NCBI RefSeq assembly: GCF_009834535.1
Contig: NC_045697.1
Coordinates: 5,954,001-6,018,000, forward strand
Length of the DNA stretch: 64,000 nucleotides
Origin: Camelus ferus
Taxonomy: Eukaryota
Reading direction: 5' to 3'
How positions within the stretch are numbered: the first letter of the stretch is position 1; each line of letters begins with the position of its first letter. The translations under genes and the position numbers were made by a program. Positions 50,846 to 62,887 of this stretch are shown here, piece after piece. A model generated the notes under the pieces. It was not told the DNA's origin, did no database searches, and saw nothing but the letters and a program-made list of their open reading frames with translations.

Positions 50846-53469
50846 TAGGAAAGGTGGTCTCTTGTATGCAGTCTTTCAACCTCTACTAGGCTGCATAAGA
50901 GTGGGCCTTGGGCCTGGAACACTTCCTACCAAGAGACAGAGTCCACACGGCCCACGCTGGGCTGGTCACCTTGTGGAGGCACATCTTCTCCTGTTTCTGA
51001 CTCAGCATGTGCTCCTTCGTTCTGCTTACGCATGTGCAGCACACGGCACCTGGCCAGCTGCACTGCTGTGTTTCTCCCCTGCTGCAGCTCAGAGGGGCGC
51101 GTGCAGGCCAGTGGAAGCTAGTATTGCTCTATCTCTTTTCTACGTGAGTAGAGTGTTCCATCCAGTGCTTAACTGCGTTGTGTTTCCTTGGTGACTCTGA
51201 TACTGTGAGGCAGTGGTCAGAAGTGCTCAGACTTCTGCTCCTGGTAACGGGCAAAGATGCCACTTGATGGACAGATGCTGATTATGGTGATGATAATGGT
51301 GATGCTGATGCTGATACGATGCTGGTGTTGGTGATGAAGATAACTGGCAAACTTCAGTCCTCTGCTGAGCTATGTTGAGCACTGAGAATGATGTTTTGAG
51401 ACTTCCTCAAAACCAGTGCCTGTGTGAAGGTAGAGAATGAGGGGCATGGAGAGTCTAGGATAACCTCAAGGTCATCAGTGGTGGCTCCACTCATTGAAAT
51501 AAGGGGATACAGGAGGAGGAGCAGATTTAGGGAGAAAAATGATGACTTCTGATTGGGCATGTTGAGTTTTTAGGAGCCTATAGCAATCCACGTGGCCTTG
51601 TTCTGTAGGGAAGGAGACACCTGGGTCTGGAACTTAGGGAGGAGTGCAGATGGAGACCTGGAGTGGGGATCAGCAGAGAAGAGTGGACATGATGCTACTG
51701 TGAAAAAAGCCAGCCTGGGAGATGCATTGCAGTGAGACATGCGTGGACTGAGGACAGAGCCTGGGGAGGGTAACAGCATCCACCCCAGACAGACAGGGGC
51801 CAAGGGGGAGGGGACGGAGGCGGGGCAACCAGGGAGGTAGGGGGAAAAGCAGGAGCAAGGAAGAAGTGAGCTCGGAGGAGAGAATTACCAAGGATCTTAG
51901 TAAGTGGGACAAAAAATGGTGACAAAAAGGCTCCCAGCTGCTCCAGTCAGTCTTAGTGCCACAGGACTGCAGCATTACTGACTTTCCCAAGCTTTTTGGA
52001 TTTTGGAATTGTGGATAAGGGAGCATGGGTGTGGTGGGCATGGAGTTGCCCCATCCAGATTGGCCTTCAGGGAAAGAGTTCTGCTCAGCTGGGTGGTGGT
52101 GGGGTGCTGTCAGCAGACACCTCTGGCCACAGCCCCTTCAGGGTCGGCCTCAGCGGCAGAGCTCCCGTGGGGATGGCTGAAGCTGCCCTGGGGCCCACGT
52201 GGGAGCTCAGCATCTCCCTCTGCCCACCGCTGCTTCCTCTCTTCCCTTCCATGGCGGGTGGGGGGATTCCCTGACAAACATCTCTCATCCCAAACTGCAT
52301 CCTAGCATAGAACTCCAGGAAGCCCACTCTGTGACTTTACACATCGCAGCTCACCTGCCCTGGGAAGCTTACGGCCACGCCCACTCTAACATGTCTAACG
52401 CAGACCCCGGATCTGCCCTTCTCAATTAACGGCGGCACCACGCTTGGAATCATCCTGACTTCACAGCCACAGCCAACCTGCCGAGGCATTCTGCCCATTA
52501 AAAAGTTTAAATATTGCCACATTTAGAATCCACCATTTCTCCTTACCTCCTCCGCTCCCACCCTGGTCCTGGGGGCCATTCTTGCCTGTGTGATTTTAAG
52601 AACCTCCCAACTGGTTTCCCAACTTCTACCCTTGGCCTTCTGCAGGCTGCTTAAACACAGCATCATCAAAGGATCCTTTAAAAATGGAGCTCAAACCCCG
52701 TCACTCCGCAACCCAATCCCCAGAGTGTTGCAATCTACCCCAAAGAAAAAGCCTGAGGCCCTTAGAATGGCCTGTGGAGTCCACGATCTGCTGCTCCCTC
52801 GTCTTCTGTCCTTAGCCCTTCATCTCATCTCCTGCTGCTCTCCCTTCACGCACTCCCTGGCCTCAGTGGCCACCTTGCTGCTCCTCAAGCAGATCAGACA
52901 TGTTCCTGCCCCAGGGCCTTTGCACTGGCTGTTCCCTCTGCTTAGTGTGCCCTTCCTCCAGCTCTCTGGATGTCTTGTTCCCTCAAGCTTTCACATCTTT
53001 GCCTTATAATCAACTTACCACCAAAACCTTCCCTGACCACCACCCTATGTCAAGTTGCAATACCTTCCCATAGGTGCTTCCTGTCCACCTCCCCTGCTCT
53101 AAATTTCTCCACAGTGCTTATTCTAGTCCAACATACTTTATAAGTGAATCTTCATATTGCTCTATATTGTTTCCCTGTATAACGTATAATGTCTCACTAT
53201 AATGAACATTCCATGGTGACTCATGTTATGTCTCTTTTGTTTGTTTCTGTATCCCCAGCACTTATGGGGCGCTCAGCACCTGGTTGCCATCAGGAACTAC
53301 CTGCCAAATGAATGGATGGATTTAATCCAGTGAGGTATTATCATCTTTAGCTTTCAGATGAGGCCCAGAGAGGTTAAGCAACTTGCCCAAAGCCACATGG
53401 TTATTAACAGGAAGAATCAGTACCTGAACCATGGAGGCTTCTTGTTCTAGAACCTTCACTTTTAATGCC

Positions 53470-53860
53470 TGTCATAGGTTGAATTGTGTCCCTCTAAAAT
53501 TCATGTGTTGAAGTCACATGAATTCATGTGTTTTAACCTACAGCACCTCTGAATGTGACTGCATTTGGAGATCGGGCCTTTCAGGCTAAACAAGGTTATA
53601 CGGGTGAGTCCTAAACCAGTCTGACTGGTGTTCTTATGAGACAAGGAGATTAAGGCACAGACACGCACAGAGGGATGACCACGTGAGGACACAGTGAGAA
53701 GGGGCCGTCTACACGCCAAGGAGAGAGGCGGCAGAGATTAACCCTACTGACACCTTGATCTTGGACTTCCCGCCTCCAGAATTGTGAGACAATACATTTC
53801 TGTTGTTAAAGCCGCCTGGTCTGTAGGACTTGGTTATGGAGGCCCCAGAGAACCAATACA
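53470..53860 (+). mobile_element. MaLR LTR (MLT1B-like)
   Basis: tgtcataggttgaattgtgtccc...gaatgtgactgcatttggagat...accttgatcttggacttcccgcctccagaattgtgagacaatacatttctgttg...aaccaataca. Confidence 0.88.
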
Positions 53861-54016
53861 CTCACTGTGCAAACTGAGCATGCGAGGCAGCGCCTCATGT
53901 GGTCCTGCTGCCCTCTGAGCCCCGCCGCTAACACCACAGCTGCCCCGACACCACCAGCCACCTGGACTAGCTGCTGCTTTCCAAACATGCCCTGCTCTCT
54001 TGTGTGTTACTAGGGA

Positions 54017-54092
54017 GCATCCCATCCCATTCCATCTCATCTCACCTCACCTCACCTCACCCCATCCCATCGCATCGCATCCCATCGCATCA
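54017..54092. repeat. Pentanucleotide (CCCAT/CTCAC/CGCAT)n repeat
   Basis: catcccatcccattccatctcatctcacctcacctcacc...catcgcatcgcatcccatcgcatc. Confidence 0.9.
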
Positions 54093-54159
54093 AATCAACA
54101 TATAACAGCAACTTAGGAAGTGCTGTTACCACCTGGAATGTTGCTTACCACCTCCTTGC

Positions 54160-54585
54160 AAAGATGTCAAAATCTTAATCCCTAGAACCTGAGAATGTTA
54201 CCTTATATGACAGGAGTCCTTGCAGATGTGCTTAAGGATCTTGAGATGGAAAGATTATTCTGGATCCAATCCAGACGGGCCCAATCACAGGGTCCTTGTA
54301 AAAAGGAGGCAGGAGGTCAGGGAATAGAGAAGCTGTTCCCCTGTTGGCTTTGAAGACTGATAAAGGGGCCACCAGCCAAGGAATGTGGGCCGTCTCTAAG
54401 TGGGCAAAGGCTGGAGAACAAATTCCCCCAGAGCAGAAGGAACCAGCCCTGCAGACACCTTGAGTCTGCTCCAGGGAGGCTGGTTTCAGACTTCTGGCTT
54501 CCAGAACCATAGAAGAAGAGATGTACGTTGTTCTAAGCTGCCAGGCTAGTGGTGATCTGTAACAGCAGTCACAGGACATCAGCAC
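54160..54585 (+). mobile_element. MaLR LTR (MLT1D-like)
   Basis: aatccctagaacctgagaatgttacctta...ttgcagatgtgcttaaggatcttgagatgg...tggctttgaaga...gacttctggcttccagaac. Confidence 0.8.
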
Positions 54586-54974
54586 AGTCCCTGCCTCATC
54601 CCGACTGGCCCCCAAGAACCAGTGCCTATTAACTCCTCAAGACATAGACACTGAATACGCTTTTATGCCTCCCCGATCCTCTTTATTGGAGGTGACAGTT
54701 CCTTGCCTTGGACTCACATTGTGTTTAGGGAATATTTACATTGTATGGGCAATGGGAGGACAGAATAGAACCAAGACATGATGGAGGTGGAAACTGCAGA
54801 GTCAGGTCACTGTGTGCACAAGTAGGGCCGACAGGTTGTTCAGAGCTCTCGAGTCCCCCCACCCACTGTGCGATCAGAATGGGTGAGCCAGGAGAGAAGG
54901 AGGAGGACTTGTGTGGGGATGGGGGGCGGTGCTACTGCAGAGCTGTGAGCCCTTCCCCCACCACAGGAGCGGGA

Positions 54975-55398
54975 TGGGACCCTCCACTTACTCCTAACCC
55001 CTGGAGCGTGTGCATATTCTTATAGGACAAAGGAGATGGTTCCGTTACGGGTCTTGAGAGGAGGTGCTTATCCTGGATTATTTGGGTGGGTTCTAAATGC
55101 AGAGTCACGTATTCTCACAAGAGAGGTGGGGGGATTTGAGGGACAGACACATAGAGGAGGAGGCAACGGGAAGGTGGGGCAGAGACTGGAGAATGTGGCT
55201 ACAAGTCAAGGAATGCTGGCAGCCACCAGGAGGCAGCAGAGAGGCGGGAACAGATTCTCCCCGAGCTTCTGGAGGAGCTCAGCCTTCCCAACAGTCTGAT
55301 CTCAGACGTCTGGGCTCCAGAACTGTGAGGGACTAGCTAGCTGGTGTTAGAGCCACCAGCTTGGGGTACTTGACACCGCAGCCCCAGGACACTAATCA
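54975..55398 (+). mobile_element. MaLR LTR (MLT1C/D-like)
   Basis: cctaacccctggagcgtgtg...tatcctggattatttgggtggg...caaggaatgctggcagccacc...cagaactgtgag...gcagccccaggacactaat. Confidence 0.75.
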
Positions 55399-55593
55399 CC
55401 CAAAGAATCACGCTTTCACCATCTCAGTGGCTGCAAGGAGCGACTAGCGGCACATTCCTCTGCTTGGTCGAGATTACTCCATCCCAGCCAGGAGGATGGC
55501 GGCTGATGAGGACCACAGGGATGCCCTAGAAGCCAGGCAGATGTCACCGACTCTGGGGCTGCATAACCAGTTTTCAGAACGTTCCACATTTCT

Positions 55594-58464
55594 TTTTTTT
55601 TTAAATTTTATTTTACTGAATTGTAGTCATTTTACAATGTTGTGTCAATTTCCTGTGGAGAGCAATTTTTCAGTTATACATGAACATACATATATTCATT
55701 GTCACATTCTTTTTCACTGTGAGCAACCACCAGATCTTGTAGGATTGTGAGCATATTTCCCTGTGCTATACAGTATAATCTTGTTTATCTATTCTGCATA
55801 TGCCTGTCAGTATCTACAAACTCCCAGTCTATCCCTTCCCACCCCCTCCCCACTGGGAACCACAAGTTTGTTTTCTATGTCTATGAATCTGTTTCTGTTT
55901 TGTATTTGTGTTCTTTTTTTTTTTAAGATTCCACATATGAGCAATCTCATATGGTATTTTTCTTTCTCTTTCTGGCTTACTTCACTTAGAATGACATTCT
56001 CCAGGGACATCCATGTTGCTGCAAATGGCGTTATGTTGTTATTTTTATGGCTGTATAGTATTCCATTGTATAAATATATCACTTCTTCCTTATCCAGTCA
56101 TCTGTTGATGGACATTTAGGCTGTTTCCACGTCTTGGCTATTGTAAATAGTGCTGCTATGAACATTGGGGTGCAGGTGTCTTTTTGAAATAGGGTTTCTT
56201 CTGGATATATGCCCAGGAGTGGGATTACTGGGTCATATGGTAAGTCTATTCCTAGTTTTTGAGGAATCTCCATACTGTTTTCCACAGTGGCTGCACTAAA
56301 CTGCATTCCCACCAGCAGTGTAGGAGGGTTCCCTTTTCTCCACAGCCTCTCCAGCATTTGTCATTTGTGGACTTCTGAATGATGGCCATTCTGGCTGGTG
56401 TGAGGTGATACCTCATTGTAGTTTTGATTTGCATTTCTCTGATAATTAGTGATTCTGAGCATCTTTTCTTGTGCCTATTGATCATTTGTATATCTTCCTT
56501 GGAGAATTGCTTGTTTAGGTCTTCAGCTGATTTTTGGATTGGGTTGTTTGTTTTTTTCTTATTTAGTCATATGAGCTGCTTATATATTCTGGAGATCAAG
56601 CCTTTGTCAGTTTCATCTTTTGCAAAAATTTTCTCCCATTCTGTAGGTTGTCATTTTATTTTGCTTATGGTTTCCTTTGCTGTGCAAAAGCTTGTAAGTT
56701 TCATTAGGTCCCATTTGTTTATTCTTGCTTTTATTTCTATTGCTTGGGTAGACTGCCCTAGGAGAATATTTTTGAGATGTATGTGAGATAATGTTTTGCC
56801 TGTTTTCTTCTGGGGGTTTATTGTATCTTGTCTTCTATTTAAGTCTTTGATCCATTTTGAGTTTATTTTTGTTCATGGTGTAAGGGAGTGTTCTAGCTTC
56901 ATTGATTTACATGCTGCTGTCCAGTTTTCCCAACACCATTTGCTGAAGAGACTCTTTATTCCATGGTATGTTCTTGCCTCCTTTGTCGAAGATCAGTTGA
57001 CCAAAAGTTTGTAGATTCATTTCTGGTCTGTTTCTGTACTAATACCATGCTGTTTTGATTACTGTAGCTCTATAGTGTTGTCTGAAGTCTGGGAGGGTTA
57101 TTCATCCAGCCTCTTTCTTTTTCTTCAGTGATGCTTTGGCAATTTTAGGTCTTTTGTGGTTCCATATAAATTTTATTATGATTTGTTTTAGTCTGTGAAA
57201 TATGTCCTGGGTAATCTGATAGGGATTGCATTAAATCTGTAGATTGCTTTGGGCAGTATGACCATTTTAACAATATTGATTCTTCCAATCCAGGAGCATG
57301 GGATATCTTTCCATTTTTAAAGTCTTCTTTAATTTCCTTCATCAGTGGTTTATAGTTCTCCATGTATAAGTCTTTCACCTCCTTGGTTAGATTTATTCCT
57401 AGGTATTTTATTACTTTGGGTGCTATTTTAAAGGGGATTGTTTCTTTCCTTTCCTTTCCTGTTGATTCATCATTAGTGTAAAGAAATGCAACTGATTTTT
57501 GAATGTTAATCTTGTAGTCTGCTACTTTGCTGAATTCTTCAATTAGTTCTAGTAGTTTTTGTGTGGACCTTTTAGGGTTTTCTATATATAGTATCATGTC
57601 ATCTGCATATAGTGACAATTTTACCTCTTCTTTTCCAATTTGGATCCCTTTTATTTCTCTCTCTTGCCTGATTGCTGTGGCTAGCACTTCTAAGATTATG
57701 CTGAATAGGAGTGGTGAGAGTGGACAGCCTTGTCTTGTCCCAGATTTTAGTAGGAAGCTTTTGAGTTTTTCACCATTGAGTACTACGCTGGCTGTAGGTT
57801 TGTCATATATAGCTTTTATTATGTTGAGATATGTTCCTTCTATACCCACTTTGGTGAGAGTTTTTATCATAAATGGGTGTTGAATTTTATCAAGTGCTTT
57901 TTCTGCATCTATTGAGATGATCATGTGGTTTCTGTCCTTTCTCTTGTTGATGTGATGTATTATATTGACTGATTTGCGTATGTTGAACCACCCATGTGTC
58001 CCTGGGATGAACCCCACTTGATCATGGTGTATAATCTTGTTTATGTGCTGTTGCATTCTATTTGCTAATAATCTGGTAAGGATTTTTGCATCTGTGTTCA
58101 TCAGTGATATTGGTCTGTAATTCTCTTTTTTGGTAGTGTCTTTGCCTGGTTTTGGTATCAGGGTGATTGTGGCTTCATAGAATGAGTTTGTGAGTATTCC
58201 CTCCTTTCAATCTTCTGGAAGAGTTTGAGAAGGACTGGTATGAGTTCTTCATTGTATGTTTGGTAGAATTCCCCAGTGAAGCCGTCTGGTTGGACTTTTA
58301 TTTGTAGGGAGGTTTTTTATTGCTAATTCGATTTCATTTCTAGTGATCGGTTTGTTCAAGTGGTCAGTTTCTTCTTGATTCAGTCTTGGTGGACTATATG
58401 TTTCCAGAAACTTGTCCATCTCCTCTAGGTTATCCATTTTGTTTCCATATAGTTGTTCATAAAA
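55594..58464 (-). mobile_element. 5'-truncated lineage-specific LINE-1 (~2.87 kb; ORF2 RT + C-terminus + 3' UTR + poly(A))
   Basis: Perfect 16-bp TSD aacgttccacatttct (55578-55593 / 58465-58480), T-tract at the left end, and ORF2 fragments in several frames. Confidence 0.97.
57145..58101 (-). pseudogene. L1 ORF2 reverse-transcriptase domain fragment
   Basis: DQVGFIPG...SIDAEKA.DKIQHPF...[13 protein letters not shown]...LYADDM...KYLGI. Frameshifts near the C-terminal end; adjoining ORF2 pieces at 58249-58460, 56252-56485 and 56079-56357. Confidence 0.95.
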
Positions 58465-59128
58465 AACGTTCCACATTTCTGTTGCAAATCCAGCCTTCTG
58501 CGTGGAACCCTTGGAGGGCTCAAGTTCTCTCTCAGGACATGTTTTCTTGGGATTGCATCTGAGGGACCATCCTATCTGGAGACAATTTAGCCAGAAATCA
58601 GAGCACAGCCACATTTCCAAGTTCACACTGCCTTAGGAGATAAGCTCGCTAATTAACTCTGTCTTAGGCTGTGGGAAAGAGATAAGCAGGGAAACTAGGT
58701 GTTTGGAAAAACAGGAGAGAGAATGGCAGGAAAGGTGACATCAAAGTCAGGAAGAAATGGGTGCCAATCCTGGGCCAGCCACGTGCCCTGGGATGCGGGT
58801 AAAGCAGGCTCCCGGAGCCCAGGTGTCCTCGTCAGGAGTAGGGTGTTTCATTGGCAGGATGCAGTGAAGATCAGGGTGAATGTGGCAGAGTACCTACCTC
58901 TGAACAGGTGCTCTGCTTAAGGAAGATGATATTAATTGAGAAAATTCTCTCTGGTCTTCTTGGATAAGCAGAATGCCCACCGTGGACTTGGTGAGCAGCT
59001 GGCCCCCATCTGTGCGGTTAACGATGATGGGGATGAGGATGGTTAGATGATGGAAAGCTGTCATTCCCAAAGCCCACAGGCCCTGCATCGACAGCTGCCT
59101 GGATGCGAGGAAGTATCTTCCTGCCAAC

Positions 59129-59584
59129 TGTGTGGCTCTATTAGTTTCCTGTGGCTGCTCTAACAAATCATCATAAACCTGGTGACTTAACACAGTAGAT
59201 ATTTATTCTCTCTCAGGTCTGGAGTCTAGACATCTGAAATCGAGGTGTTGGCAGGCTTGGTTTTCTCTGGATTCTGTGAGGGAGGAACCATCCTGTGCCT
59301 CTTAACTTGCAGTGTCGCCGGCCAACCATGGTGTTCTTTGGATGGTAGCCACATCACCCCAACCTCTGCCATCTTCACCTTGCCCTCTGTGTGTCTTTCT
59401 GTGTCCTCTCCATGTCTTATAAGGACACTAGTCATTGGATTTGAGGCCCACCCTGAATCTAGGGTGATTTCCTCTTGAGACCCATAACCAATGACATTGG
59501 CAAAGACCTTATTTCTAAACAAGGTCACATTCTGAGATCCTGAATGGACGTGAGTCTTAGGGGGTCAATATTCCCCCCACTACA
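59129..59584 (-). mobile_element. MaLR LTR (MLT1C-like)
   Basis: tattagtttcctgtggctgctctaacaaatcatcataaacctggtgacttaa...tataaggacactagtcattggattt...caaagaccttatttctaaacaaggtcacattctgag. Confidence 0.85.
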
Positions 59585-61151
59585 GGAGTAAAGAGCACAA
59601 ACATTGCCAGCCCTCTGATGCCAGGGCACCTGCACACGTGACCCATAAGAGTCATAACCACTTGGAGTCTCAGCCTCCTCGTGGTCAAAGTAGGAACAAG
59701 ACGTTCTGCCCAGCACGCTGGTGTGAGGGCTGGGTGAGACTGCTGGGGAGAAATACTCAGCACAGAACCCGGAATGCTGGCTAAACACACGATTGTTCAC
59801 ACTGTCACCATTGTCGTACGACCTTTACTATTGCCCTGAGGGTCCGTATGGGAGAAGTGAGTGGCCAGTGCACAGTTTGGCCAGTTCACCTGGGTGTGGG
59901 TCTCCAGGCAGCCAGAGTTGGTCCTTAACCCTGGAAACTTCCACGAACAGGAAAGTGGTTTGGGCTGGACTGGATGCTCAGGGATCTTCCAGAAAACATG
60001 TTAAAATGCCATTCCTGTTGCCTACCCAGTGGCCTGGATGGGGGGCAGGGTGGGCCACCTGACCATAGAAGAAGGTTCTGAAGCACAGCTATGCAGCTGC
60101 AGAACCCCTAAATCTGGTTCAGCCCCTCATTTCATTGATGGGGAACCCAAGACCCAGAAAGGAACAAGGACTTGCCAAGATCGATGCAGATTTTGTTAAA
60201 GTTCTGGTGAGATTCCAAGAGCATCCACTAAGCATCCTCTTTCTTGAGCCTCACAGCCCCCCTGGGGGTCACCTGGGGCACGGGGCTCACCTGGGGCATG
60301 CGGGTCTGGTGTCTCCTCGTTCTGGCCAAGAATTAGGGCTCGGAAAAGTGACTGATGAAGGGTACATGGTCGGCTCAAGGTCATTTCACCAAAAGACAAC
60401 AATGTAAAATCCATTTGTGAATAAGAGTAAGAATAAGGTAAAAAGAGAAACCCCGTCTACGGCTGTGTGGGGATCCCTTGCTCTCTGCACCTTTGTTCTC
60501 CAAACTCTTGCTTCCCAAACACAGGAATCTAATAAATTAAGATAAATGTGTTGATGCATCTCTTGCTATCCCAAAACCCTGTTGCTTGTGTGTATGAGTC
60601 TCTGAAACGAAACGGATTCCGAGAGGAAGGAAGACAACTGTTCCTACCATGGGTACCGATATATTTTATGCTGCTCAGCTGTGTTTCCTCTTGCCCCAGT
60701 AGCCTTCAGCTGTAACAACAGGGAATTAAATTTAAAAACAGAGGGAAAATGTTCAAAATTCACCTATGCAGGCAAAATGAAGCATAAGACAGAAATCAAT
60801 TAAAGGCGTTAAAACCATTCTATTCCACACCGAATTCTGTACATTCTTGATAGATGAGTTAAAAGAGATAAGATAAATTCAGCAAATTATTTTTCTCTGT
60901 GACTTGGCTTTCAGCCATCTGACCATTCAGGGAGTTGACTTTTGATGAATTAACTTTCAGTAATGGCTTTGCCTCCTACATGGCCAGTTGGCGGAGGGAC
61001 GGATGTTTGGGTCGTATGCTGAGACCTTCAAATTAATTAAGGTCTTTGACATTTCCCAGTAGTCTGCCTTCACCATTGCAATTTGTCTTCTCATCAAACT
61101 CTCTTCAAATTACCCCGGTGGAGTGTGTCATACATTCTCAGCAGGGACCCT

Positions 61152-61495
61152 TGTAATCGGGGAGAACAAATCTGACTCCATGTTGGATTTGTTTCTTTTA
61201 CTCTAACCTTTGTCTTCTATTGCTCTTGCTACAAGTTCATCCCTAAAGGGATGTTGCCTATGAGCTAAACTTATACATAATGGCCCATCTCTGGGAACCC
61301 TGGCTCCCAGGTAATGAGCATTAAGCTAAAATACCTTTGTGTAGCTCACAGGAAACACCCTGAGCAGGCCCACCTGTGACTGACCGCAGGAAGGAAGGAA
61401 TTAACATCCCCTCTGGAGGCTGATGGGAACCAGGAAATGTTTGATTTTACTCCTTCTGCTTTTAGTATAAAAGAAGCCTGGATTCTAACTCTGCC
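61152..61495 (+). mobile_element. Partial ERV1-type LTR
   Basis: TGtaatcggggagaacaaatctgactccatgttggat... with TATA-like 'agtataaaagaagcct'; followed by MIR-like sequence. Confidence 0.55.
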
Positions 61496-62109
61496 TTATC
61501 TTGGTAGCCTGTTGTAGATCTTAAGAACTCAGGCTTTGGAGTCACACTAACCTGAACTGGAATCTTAGCTCCCCTGCTCATCAGCTGTGTGACTCTTGGT
61601 AAACACTTAACCTCTCTGAGCCTCAACTTCTCACCCAGACTCCTTCCCCGATGATGATAGATTACGTCCTCTTTTTCTTTGCTTAGAAACTGCCTCTAAT
61701 CCTGGGCTCTGAGCTCCTAGTTGGGACGTTTCTTATTCCTGTTTGCCCTCCTGGGACGAAGGAACCCCTTGTACTAATTTAACGAACTTATGTCTTTATC
61801 TACATTATTCTCAACTGGGATGAAAATTAGTCCTTGGGGGTGGGTCTGGTGACAGAACATCTTAACTATGACAGTGGTTTGTGGTGCTTCAAAGCTCAGT
61901 CTTACCTGGCCCAATCATTTCTTAGTATATAATTTCTCTTATTAGGGAGAAATTAATTGCAGTTAAAATTAGTCTATCCTGTGCCTGTTCAGGCTTGCAT
62001 GGGTGGTGGCCCCTGCTGCTCTTTTATGCTTCAGGCATGTCCGCGGGGGCGGGGACACCGTCTGTCTCGCTCTCTGTTATCTCCAATCCTGGCCCAGAGC
62101 CTGGCAAGG

Positions 62110-62887
62110 GAACTACAATAAGAATACACATTTGGTCTCTCTCCCTGGTTCCTGGCAGAGGGCATGGAGCACCTCAAACCCTTGGAAGTTCCTGAGTGAT
62201 AGGAGCGTCTCCTTGTTCCTACGGAGCCCCTAACACCACGCCAGAGTTTATGCTGAGAAGGTGACTCACGTGGCCCTTAGACAGTTTCCAAGGAGAAGCT
62301 GGCCTTGCTGACAAGGCTGGAGATTTCAGCTCAACCCTCCTACCTCCACAGAGGCAGAGTTCAGTCCGCTCTGGCCAGCGGCTGAGTCGATCATGCCTGT
62401 GTGATGAAACCTCCGCAGAAGTTCCTACATGGAGTCGGGGTGCTTGCAGGCTGGTGAGCACTGCTAGGGGCTGGGAAGGTGGGGGCCCGGGACGGGGCCC
62501 GGAAGCGCCACACTCACTCCCAGTACCTCGCCCTGGGCGTCTCTCCCATTTCCTGAGTTGTGTCCTTTATATAAGCTGTAGTCGTAGGTAGAGCATGTTC
62601 CAGAGTTCTGGGAGGCATTCTAGCAAAGCACTGAACCCGAGGGGGCGGGTCTTGGGAAGCCCTGCGCTGCAGTCAGTCAGGAGGAGATGCGGTCACCCGG
62701 GGACCCCGGCTGCAGCTGGCGTGCGAAGCCGGGGAGTCCTGCGGGACTGAGCCCTGGTCTTGAGGGTCTGTGCTCGCTCTGGGCAGATAGCGTGAGGACT
62801 GAATCGAATGGCTGGACGCCCAGCTGGTGTGAGAGACGTGGAGAATTGGTGTGGGGAAAAATGACACAGAAAACACCACACGTCACA
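62110..62887 (+). mobile_element. MER21-like LTR
   Basis: 'aatacacatttggtctct...gttcctggca...aaacccttggaagttcctgagtgataggag' and 'cagatagcgtgaggactgaatcgaat...cccagctggtgt...gaattggtgtggggaaaa'. Confidence 0.7.

Noticed and set aside
50116..50889. His/Thr-rich 205-aa ORF (-) and Met/Val-rich ORFs (+)
   Set aside because: These are translations of the (GAT/GGT)n array, which is stop-poor by composition. There is no splice or homology support.
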